From Trueperaceae bacterium (lineage in GTDB: Bacteria > Deinococcota > Deinococci > Deinococcales > Trueperaceae): a DNA stretch of 64,000 bases. Where the stretch lies: contig CBDCDZ010000004.1 of NCBI GenBank assembly GCA_965215565.1, forward strand, positions 192,001 to 256,000, written 5' to 3'. This document shows positions 56,441 through 64,000 of this stretch, in pieces. The notes under the pieces are model-generated. The model was given only the letters and a program-made list of their open reading frames with translations. It was not told where the DNA came from and ran no database searches. How positions within the stretch are numbered: position 1 is the first letter of the stretch; each line of letters starts with the position of its first letter. The position numbers were made by a program, and so were the translations under genes.

Positions 56441-57077
56441 AGTGGAGCGCCGAGGAAGCGCGAAAGAGGTCATTTTAGGGCGCATCCGCGAGATCATGCA
56501 GGATGCGCCCGCCGCCGAGCCGATTGCGCGAGACTACGTGCAGACGTCCGGGGATGATTCGGCGTCGCGCCTAGAGCAATTCACCGAGCGCCTCGTCGAT
56601 TACGGTGCGGAAGTTCACCACGTGACCTCGGGGGAAATCGCAACGAAGGCGGCGGAACTCTGCGAGGCGAGAAACGTCGAGAGCTTGGTCGCGCCATCCG
56701 ATCTGCCGCAAGCGTGGTTGCCCGAGGTCGAGATTCGCCCTGACGAGGCGTTGGGGAACGATAGGCTCGAGTCTACCGGCGGCGTCATGACGGGCTGCGC
56801 CCTCGCTATCGCCCAGACGGGCACGATCATCCTAGACGGTGGCGAGCGGCAGGGGCGGCGCGTGATCTCCCTGCTCCCCGACGTTCATATCTGCGTCGTC
56901 TTGTCCGAGCAGATTGCGGGCATCGTCCCCGAGGCGGTAAGCCGCCTAAAGTCCTCCGCGACGCGCCCGCTGACCCTGATTTCGGGACCGTCCGCCACCT
57001 CCGACATCGAACTGAGCCGCGTCGAAGGCGTGCACGGTCCGCGCGCGCTGTGCGTGCTCGTGATAACACCGGAGTGA
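56430..57077 (+). CDS. lutC: Lactate utilization protein C
   Basis: AIAQTGTI, SLLPDVH, ISGPSATSDIE..GVHGP. Confidence 0.93.
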   Translation: MDGKVERRGSAKEVILGRIREIMQDAPAAEPIARDYVQTSGDDSASRLEQFTERLVDYGAEVHHVTSGEIATKAAELCEARNVESLVAPSDLPQAWLPEVEIRPDEALGNDRLESTGGVMTGCALAIAQTGTIILDGGERQGRRVISLLPDVHICVVLSEQIAGIVPEAVSRLKSSATRPLTLISGPSATSDIELSRVEGVHGPRALCVLVITPE

Positions 57078-57158
57078 AGTTCTAAAGATATTTTTATTCT
57101 TGGTACTGTTCAACCTCTTTAGTCACACCACCATCTTTCTCAACAGGGGAGTGCGCAG

Positions 57159-57188
57159 CGCAGGGGAGACTCGCGAATCTCCCCTACG
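57159..57188 (-). repeat. GTAG-type REP-like hairpin between convergent genes
   Basis: Minus strand CGTAGGGGAGA-TTCGCGAG-TCTCCCCTGCG. Confidence 0.55.
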
Positions 57189-57237
57189 TCAGCAGTGTGA
57201 GTTAAGGTGGAAAAGCACTGAGCATACGGCGCGGACC

Positions 57238-60072
57238 TCACTGCACTGCCGTCGGCCACACGCACTGAAGACCGTCCGCGTTTCGTGCGTCGGTCAGGGG
57301 GCTCGAGACGCTCACCGCGCCGCTCAGCTCGCAGAGCGCCATAAGGTGAATAAGCGGGTTGTTCGTGTCGCGCTCGAAGATGGACTCTAGTGAGCCGTCG
57401 TCGCCGGGCGCAAGAATCTCCTCGAGGCGTTCACCGTTGAGGCTCGAGGGCAGCTCGGCTTGGTTGCCTTCTTCGTCCACCACGAACGTCGCCCCGCTCT
57501 CAGTCCCTAAAACCGTCTCCATCTCGCTGATGGGAACGCCGTCAACTGCGCTAATCTTAAAGGCTGAGCCGCCGTAGTGGGGTGAGCCCGCCGGATGAAC
57601 ACCGCCCGCTACCGCGCTGACCTCGATCTCATAAAACTCGGCGATGTCTAGTAGCCCCTCCAACATCTCCGGGTTGAGCCACGTCTCACCGCTCGGCACG
57701 CCCCCGAACTGCGTGCGCTTAGCGGGCTCACCACTTGCCGCAGCTTGAATGTTGCTGAGGGGGTCCGAGCCGTCGCTCAGTTCAACCACTGCGAGTAGCT
57801 CTCGCTCTTCCTCGGGGCTCAGATTGAGGTCGGCGTCTAGGAGTTTGCGGCGCTCGAGTTCGCTCACCTCGTCTCCGTTTAGGAGCGTGATCTCGGATGC
57901 GCCCAAGACTTCGCTTGCAAGCTCTTGCGAATTCGGGGGTGGCGGAGCCGGTTCGCCGCCCTGAGCTGGCTGACCTTGCCCTGGCTGAGTAGGATCGCCC
58001 TCCGCTGCTGGAGGAGCGGCTGGATTTTCGTTACTCGGTCCGTTCTCGGGAGGCGCATTAGGATCGGGCGCAGGCGGACTTGGAAGAGTCAGCTTGGCGC
58101 TTGGCCAGAGTTGACCTGGGGCTAAGCCTGCTCTAGGTGACACATAACTGCCAGGATCGGGCTGATCGCCAGCAGCGGCGTGCAGCGCCGCCCAGGTCTC
58201 GGGACCCGTCACGCCGTCAGGCTCCAAACCCATGCGCGCTTGAAAGGTTTTGAGCCGCTGTTCAGTCTCCTCGGTGAAGCGGTTGCCGAGGATGCTCACG
58301 CCGCCGAGGTCAACGCCCGTTACGCTGACACCCACGTTGCCCTGCGCGTTCACGCTTCCCTGAACGCCGACGCCCGCGCCGGTCTCTACCTGACCACCTA
58401 GCAACGAGCCGCCAGCCTGCTCTGCCCTCGCGAGTAGCCGGTCTAGCGCCGCGACCTCACTCCCCTCGTCGCCGAGGCAGAGTACGCCGCTCGAGCCCGA
58501 GCCGCCGAAGAGAGGTAGCGATTCCGCCGGGAGTTTAGAGGTGATCTCGCCCAAACCGAAGCCGAAGCCGCCGCCGCTCGTCGTCTGCCACGTGTCGGGG
58601 TAGGTAGCGCGAGGTAGCGTATAAGCACTTTGGAACCTCCCAATAGCGGCTTTCGTCGCGCCGTCAAAGAGGTGGTCGGCGTTGTCTCTAAAGAGGTATT
58701 GAATCGTCTCGTTCAGATTGAGGGTGCGCGTCACGCCGGTTTCGTCTAAGTGGACGATGGGATAGGTCTGCGCTCCGGTAGGTCCGACGGTAACAGGCGG
58801 GCAGTTGAGAACGTCCGCGAGCGACTCCTGCTCCTCTAGTAAACCGCTCAAGCTGAACCCTTGCGCGGCGTCTGCAAGACCTTCACCTAACCCATTTGAG
58901 CCACCGCTCTTCGCGTCGTCGATGACCTCTTGAGTGATGCTCCTATCTTTAGCGAGTAGAATGCGCAGTTGCAAAAAGGCCGCCAAGCTGAACCTCGGGT
59001 CACCTTCGAAGAGGTCGAGTTCCGAAGGGTCTAAGCCGATCAAAAAAGGTGCTTGCTTATTGATTAGAACGCGGTCAGCAGCCTCCTCTAACGTGTTGGG
59101 CGTATAGGCGGCGGTGGGGTCAGGCATCCAGGGCGTTTCGCCGACGTTGGGAAGGGGATAACCTTCTGCAGTGGTCGTCCAGCGGGTGTAAGCCTGAGGC
59201 AGCCAGGGAACGAGGAAAACCGCAAAGGGCGAGGTTATGGGGGAGGGCGGACACGGAGCGAACACAGAGAACATGTCGAACACGTTGCGCTTGCCGTAGA
59301 CCTCGAAGAAGCTGCCGTGACCGAACTGGCTATACTCGAGCACGCTCGCCGTCTTCCACGCCCGCTTGAGCGGCTCTTTGCTCGCGAGTCCAGGTAGACC
59401 CGGTCGCACCTCGTTCGCGCCGAATGGGATGTTCTGGTCAGGAAAGGCGGGGCGCTGGAAGTAGTAGATGCCGTTCTCCGTATCTCTGGCGAGTCTGGCA
59501 TATTGGTTAGGTTTGGGGAGGAGCGAAAAGCTCGGCACGATGATGCGGTCGCTGTCGTCGTCTGAAAGATCATCTAAACCGGGGAAAGGGAATTGCCACC
59601 AGAGTGCCGAGGGCAGATAGTAAGAGGACGCCACAGCGACCTCAGACCAGTAGCGCAGGCTGGCGTCACCGCTCGCGTAGAGAGCGACGTCGACCGCGAC
59701 TTTAGGGTAGGCTTTCAGAAGGCAACCGACCTCAAACCAAGCCTCTTGCGCGTAGTCTGTAACATCGTCTACGTAACGCTCCCAAAGCTCGTCATAGGTG
59801 TCTTCTAGCTGCAAACCGAGCTTCTCGGGAAAGAAGGGCACGGGGTAGGCGGCGCGTTTACAGTCGCCGCCCTCGTTGCATTCCTTTAACGCTTCGGTAT
59901 CCACAATTTCAGCGTTGCTGGTACATTCCCCGAAACCGTAGATGTCGCGCACGTCGTTTAAGCACGCCCTAAAAAGCTCGAGTGGCGTCGGGTCCATATC
60001 GACAAATGAGAAAACGCCCGCGTGCGCCGTACTGAGGAATAAAGCGATTAAAACGGTGTATAGTGCCTTCAT
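57238..60072 (-). CDS. Large secreted multidomain protein with peptidoglycan-binding domain(s), Pro-rich linker and degenerate M15-like C-terminal domain
   Basis: Signal peptide; LCLGDEGSEVAALDRLL...FTEETEQRLKTFQARMGLEPDGVTGPETWAAL; SPHYGGSAFKI. Confidence 0.75.
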   Translation of the reverse strand: MKALYTVLIALFLSTAHAGVFSFVDMDPTPLELFRACLNDVRDIYGFGECTSNAEIVDTEALKECNEGGDCKRAAYPVPFFPEKLGLQLEDTYDELWERYVDDVTDYAQEAWFEVGCLLKAYPKVAVDVALYASGDASLRYWSEVAVASSYYLPSALWWQFPFPGLDDLSDDDSDRIIVPSFSLLPKPNQYARLARDTENGIYYFQRPAFPDQNIPFGANEVRPGLPGLASKEPLKRAWKTASVLEYSQFGHGSFFEVYGKRNVFDMFSVFAPCPPSPITSPFAVFLVPWLPQAYTRWTTTAEGYPLPNVGETPWMPDPTAAYTPNTLEEAADRVLINKQAPFLIGLDPSELDLFEGDPRFSLAAFLQLRILLAKDRSITQEVIDDAKSGGSNGLGEGLADAAQGFSLSGLLEEQESLADVLNCPPVTVGPTGAQTYPIVHLDETGVTRTLNLNETIQYLFRDNADHLFDGATKAAIGRFQSAYTLPRATYPDTWQTTSGGGFGFGLGEITSKLPAESLPLFGGSGSSGVLCLGDEGSEVAALDRLLARAEQAGGSLLGGQVETGAGVGVQGSVNAQGNVGVSVTGVDLGGVSILGNRFTEETEQRLKTFQARMGLEPDGVTGPETWAALHAAAGDQPDPGSYVSPRAGLAPGQLWPSAKLTLPSPPAPDPNAPPENGPSNENPAAPPAAEGDPTQPGQGQPAQGGEPAPPPPNSQELASEVLGASEITLLNGDEVSELERRKLLDADLNLSPEEERELLAVVELSDGSDPLSNIQAAASGEPAKRTQFGGVPSGETWLNPEMLEGLLDIAEFYEIEVSAVAGGVHPAGSPHYGGSAFKISAVDGVPISEMETVLGTESGATFVVDEEGNQAELPSSLNGERLEEILAPGDDGSLESIFERDTNNPLIHLMALCELSGAVSVSSPLTDARNADGLQCVWPTAVQ

Positions 60073-60305
60073 AGCCGCCACTATAGCGAGTCCGGCTTCT
60101 GTTAAAGACGTTAAGCACTGGCTTTACAAGGAGTTGTTATGCCGGGAGTTATCAAAGCGACTCGAGGCTGGTGCGTTGGTCTATCTTTCAAGGCTTGATG
60201 AGCGCAACTTCGCGTTTTGTAACCTTGGTTTCGCCAATGACCCTAAAGCCCTTGTGTTTCTAGTGAACCGCGTTGCCAAGTGAGACATAGTACGGCTCGG
60301 CGAGC

Positions 60306-63300
60306 TTACTCCATATGCGCCGCCCACCTGACCGCGGCGTCGAAGAGCGCCCAGGCGTCCTCGCTGTACGCCACTTCGTAGTCGTGAAAGAGCCCGACGC
60401 GGCGCTCTGGCGCGGTCATCCCGATCATCGGCGCGTCCGCCTCGTAAGCGAAGACGGCCGCCTTCGTACTGTCACCTGGAACCGTTGCGACGACGACTGC
60501 GTTAGGGCTCGGCGCTCCCCAAGCGAGCCCGTAAGGTCCTGCGGAGACGCTGACCGCGCCGGAAAGTCCAGCCCTGAGCGGGTGATCGGCAGAGGTGAGC
60601 TGAACCTCCATGTATCCTTCGGACTCGCCGAAATAGATGGACTCGGCGTCGCCCGTCATGCCGAGCGGCGCGAAAAGTTTCTCTTCGGAGGTGACCACAG
60701 GCACCGCAACGTCGCGTAGCGAGAGGTCTATCTCGTCACTATTAACTGAGGGCGATACCACCACGATACCAGCGGCTGCCAGGTCAGTGTCGGTGACTAA
60801 AGTGTCGTCAATCATGGTGACGCCCCAACCGAGTTGCTCGAGCCTCGTCCTAAACATAGGGTCTACCTCGTTGGGCTTATCTGCGCCAACGACGAGGAGC
60901 GCGCTCGGCTTGTCTAGGAGCTGAGCGGGGTTGCTGGCCTCGCTCGACCGTTCGTTTTCAGCGATCAACATGATGTTGTCGAGACAGACTCGGTAAGGTT
61001 CGCTCCCACCCCCTACGCGAAAGATGATGCGGCTCATCTCACTAATCTGCGGTGCACGAAAGTTGTACTCATAAGACTTCTTTTGCGCGTCAAGCCTCTC
61101 CGTCCATCCGAAGTAATTTGCCCACGGCGCTTGGTCTATGCCCACGGCCGCGTAAATTTCCGTGGGCTTATCCGCGTAGGCGTCGAAGTTTAGGCGGTAC
61201 GCCCGATCCGTCTCGAGGGGAATTTTCGAAAAGCCAAGTATGACGTCTTGCAGCTCTTCGCCGCCTCGCGCGACGTTTAAGCAAGCTGCGCCGTCTTCAG
61301 CGACACGCTCAGCGGCAGCGCCGGAATCTTCAGTTACGTAGCGCCACCAACCCTCTGTGCCGCCCTTACCGTCGAACGTGTTGCTCACAAGGATGGTGTC
61401 GTCTATGCTCGCGCGAGCGTCCTCGTTAGCCGCACTGCTCACAACCCTTGCGCTGTCTACGTCTGCGCTTGCACCCGCGTTTTCGTCAGTCGCTTCTTCG
61501 TCAGCCGCCCCGCTAAGCTGCGCGCCGCTTTGAACTAGCTCGACGTTGTCGAAGCAGACGCTGTAAGGCGTGTTTTCGTTTGCACCTATAAAGAAAATAA
61601 GGCGGTTGTCTTCGCTGCTCTGCTCCATCTCGAACGTATAGGAGAAGCTTTCCGCCTGCGGTCCGAGCGTCTCTACACGTCCGAAGAACTCCGTCCAAGG
61701 TGCTTCACTCAAGGTGATAGCCGGACGAAAGGTGACGGGTTTATTTGCGTAAGCGTCGAAGCGGAAGAGGTACGTTTGACCCTGCTCGAGGGGAATGCCC
61801 GTCTGCGCGAAGCCGAGGCTCCACGGCTCTTCGCCGCCCTCGGCCACGTTTGCACACGCTTCGCCATTTTCGAATATGCGTCTAGATTCCGTTCCGACTT
61901 GTGCGTGCAGCGTCCAGACCTCTCTCGCGCTTTCGCCCTCGAAGTCTTCGCGGACGAGCGCAGCATCAGGTGTCGGCGGCGCGCCCGCGTCCTCCGCGCG
62001 CCCAGGCGCTCCGGTGTCGCCCTCGGTTTCAGGCGCACGCGCTGCGTCAGCCTCCGCGCTGCTGTCCGCAACGGTCACCGTAGACGCCCTGTCGTTCCAA
62101 TACAAAGTTTCGTCCCAGCCGTTGCGAAAAACGCCGACTCTCGCCGTGTAGATACCCGCTTCTGGTGGCGTCCAAGTAAAGGTTCGGCTGAGGGTGTCAC
62201 CTTCGCTGAGCACGATATTGTCTAAAAATTGCTGCTCAACGCTCACGTTGTCCGAGGCGAAAATTTCGAAGTTGAGGATGCCACCCTCTAGACGCCCTGC
62301 CTCAGCGGTTACTTCGACCGAAAAGGTCAGCTCCTCGCCTACGCCAGCGCTCTGCAGCTCAGGTGTAACCACCGAGGCGAAGGTGGGCGCGGCTCCGCTG
62401 CCATCGACCTCGTTTGCGGTAGGCAATTCGCTTTCGGCGAGTGGTTCGCTGTCAGTCGCTGCCTCACTTTCAGCGGTTGCCTCACCCTCAGGGGGGGGCG
62501 CGGTGCCCTCGGTAGGTGGTGCAGTGCTCTCTGAAGGGGGCGCAGTGAAGTCGCTAGAATCCGGCATCTTTTCACCCAGGGCAGCCAACAAGTCGACGGT
62601 CTTTCGGTAGACCGTTCCGGGTCCAACCTCGACTAGCGTCCATTCTAACTCCAGGCTGCTCGCATTCGCGGGCACGCCAGGAATCACGATCTGACCGGGC
62701 TCGGAGTCACCTATGGAGAGGCGTCCCGGCTGTCCGGGCACGGGCGAGCCGATGCGTTCGTAGTACTTGGTCACGTTATCTTGATAGATGCGTAGACGCT
62801 GCGGATCGTTGACGAAAGGGTACTCGGTGTTGTTGACAATAGCGTACTGGACGACGACGGCTTCGGCGTTAGGGCGGTAGGCGCTAATCTTGAATTCGAG
62901 ACCGGGTGGCGGCGGCGGAACGTCGTCGTTGTCAGGTTTGGCGAGACCTCCCGGCAAGCTGTTGCCCTGGAGCCCTCTATCAAACGGTTTTTTATCGCGC
63001 ACGATGTAGCGCCTCGGGTTTTCGGCGTCGGGCGCGGACACGAGCTTAAAGAGCGCCGTGCGCCCGCCTACACGGACGAAGAGGTCAGTATTGACTGTTT
63101 CCGGCGTCGCGGCCCTTATCGTCACGATATTGTCGAAAGGTTCTACGACGAGTTGGTCGGGGCGTCCCGACTGTGCGGACTCGACGCTCATCCCCTCGAA
63201 CTCGATGATGGTGAGAAAGTTGGGCGACACCTCGATAACAGCAGGAACGTTGCCCAGGGTATTGAGGTCTAGCTCCTTTGCGACGACGGTTTGGGCTGCG

Positions 63301-63365
63301 CCGAAGCTTCCCAAGTACAGAAGTGTCAATAAAATGGCGAAGCGTAAAGAGTGGCGACTCAACAT
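60306..63365 (-). CDS. Large secreted protein: putative VirB9/TraK-like N-terminus, Ig-like domain, two CBM4/9-like domains and a C-terminal domain
   Basis: Signal peptide MLSRHSLRF..; duplicated ACxNVAxGGEE..IPLE..YxxxFDAYAxKP..PW..VCxDNI/V repeats; start ATG 63365. Confidence 0.7.
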   Translation of the reverse strand: MLSRHSLRFAILLTLLYLGSFGAAQTVVAKELDLNTLGNVPAVIEVSPNFLTIIEFEGMSVESAQSGRPDQLVVEPFDNIVTIRAATPETVNTDLFVRVGGRTALFKLVSAPDAENPRRYIVRDKKPFDRGLQGNSLPGGLAKPDNDDVPPPPPGLEFKISAYRPNAEAVVVQYAIVNNTEYPFVNDPQRLRIYQDNVTKYYERIGSPVPGQPGRLSIGDSEPGQIVIPGVPANASSLELEWTLVEVGPGTVYRKTVDLLAALGEKMPDSSDFTAPPSESTAPPTEGTAPPPEGEATAESEAATDSEPLAESELPTANEVDGSGAAPTFASVVTPELQSAGVGEELTFSVEVTAEAGRLEGGILNFEIFASDNVSVEQQFLDNIVLSEGDTLSRTFTWTPPEAGIYTARVGVFRNGWDETLYWNDRASTVTVADSSAEADAARAPETEGDTGAPGRAEDAGAPPTPDAALVREDFEGESAREVWTLHAQVGTESRRIFENGEACANVAEGGEEPWSLGFAQTGIPLEQGQTYLFRFDAYANKPVTFRPAITLSEAPWTEFFGRVETLGPQAESFSYTFEMEQSSEDNRLIFFIGANENTPYSVCFDNVELVQSGAQLSGAADEEATDENAGASADVDSARVVSSAANEDARASIDDTILVSNTFDGKGGTEGWWRYVTEDSGAAAERVAEDGAACLNVARGGEELQDVILGFSKIPLETDRAYRLNFDAYADKPTEIYAAVGIDQAPWANYFGWTERLDAQKKSYEYNFRAPQISEMSRIIFRVGGGSEPYRVCLDNIMLIAENERSSEASNPAQLLDKPSALLVVGADKPNEVDPMFRTRLEQLGWGVTMIDDTLVTDTDLAAAGIVVVSPSVNSDEIDLSLRDVAVPVVTSEEKLFAPLGMTGDAESIYFGESEGYMEVQLTSADHPLRAGLSGAVSVSAGPYGLAWGAPSPNAVVVATVPGDSTKAAVFAYEADAPMIGMTAPERRVGLFHDYEVAYSEDAWALFDAAVRWAAHME

Positions 63366-63445
63366 AGTCAGGTCCTTTGATGAAATTTGCGTGCTGTCTC
63401 GGCGTACTTTTGCGCTCAGCGCGCCCGGTGCGAAGTCCATTGGGG

Positions 63446-63901
63446 TTACTCTAAGAAGTCCAGATTTTGTGCGTTCATCTCGTCAAAGTGCCGCGTAAGC
63501 GCGTAGCGCGTGTTGGGACCCACCTCGGTAAGCCGCCAATAGAACGCTAAATTGTCCGAGTCAACCGGCGCGTCGCGGATAATGACCGCGCCGTACTCGC
63601 TCTCGCCCGCCTTTAGTAGATTGAGTGCGCCTGGCGGCGACGTCCGCACAACTTCTATAGGAACAGGGTCCGCGCCGTAAAGGACAGCAATCTGTTGAGC
63701 ATCGTTAATAATAGGGTTGAGCCCATCGTTGCGGAGTACATACTGCAAGGTGAGCGCGCCGCTGCTCGAGTACGAAAGTGCGCCTTGAAAGAAGAGTCCT
63801 TGGGGCGGACTCGAGCGGTAAAACGTCCCCTGAGCTAGTCCAGCCGAAAGGGTACAGCCGACGATTAAAAGAGCGCTTACAAGCTTCCTGTATATCTTCA
63901 T
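63446..63901 (-). CDS. Small secreted protein homologous to domain 2 of the downstream protein
   Basis: SD GAGGAGG; signal peptide; QYVLRN..PIINDAQQI..GESEYG..WRLTEVGP vs QYAIVN..PFVNDPQRL..GDSEPG..WTLVEVGP. Confidence 0.78.
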   Translation of the reverse strand: MKIYRKLVSALLIVGCTLSAGLAQGTFYRSSPPQGLFFQGALSYSSSGALTLQYVLRNDGLNPIINDAQQIAVLYGADPVPIEVVRTSPPGALNLLKAGESEYGAVIIRDAPVDSDNLAFYWRLTEVGPNTRYALTRHFDEMNAQNLDFLE

Positions 63902-64000
63902 CCGAACCTCCTCGACTCGGTTTTTGTAAGGCACTATATAAAATCTATATCTTGCGCGTATCTTCAAGGGTGGCGCGCTCGAGCTGAGGCAAAAAGGCTA

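Noticed and set aside
1..64000. Numerous Arg/Ala-rich alternative-frame ORFs; tRNA, rRNA, transposase or prophage genes
   Set aside because: The alternative ORFs are GC-rich shadows of well-supported genes; no tRNA/rRNA signatures, DDE/HUH transposases or phage structural genes were recognised

Overview
64 kb of GC-rich bacterial chromosome, most likely Deinococcota (Trueperaceae-like). That assignment is inferred from gene content (PNP-yggS-divIVA, mutS2, Uma2, SARP-NTPase-TPR regulator) and from many genes with a -10 box 5-8 nt before the start codon and no Shine-Dalgarno. Housekeeping and metabolic genes include a Crp regulator, two P450s, proline dehydrogenase + P5C dehydrogenase, aroA-cmk-nadK, nrdR, hbd, GH15, alkA, dinB, mutS2 and lutABC. 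A ~13 kb Fe/Mn uptake island carries Fur and DtxR/MntR regulators. No rRNA, tRNA, CRISPR array or transposase was seen. Most notable observations: (1) an afsR-afsS-like module, in which a SARP/NTPase/TPR regulator with a low-GC TPR tail has a textbook SARP-type promoter in its own 3' end, driving a 51-aa charged microprotein; (2) three secreted proteins at the right end that resemble conjugation-type (VirB9/TraK-like) components fused to carbohydrate- and peptidoglycan-binding modules; (3) a candidate structured ncRNA (6S-like?) at ~10.04-10.21 kb; (4) a Uma2 gene inserted with an 87-bp duplication that gives the host gene two alternative 3' ends; (5) a perfect 213-bp tandem duplication of the proline-utilisation promoter; (6) several MITE/REP/heptamer repeat families and strong CTCGAG enrichment; (7) an in-frame TGA in a siderophore-binding protein and a possible ACG start for a P450. 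All calls come from reading the sequence by eye; no database searches were run.
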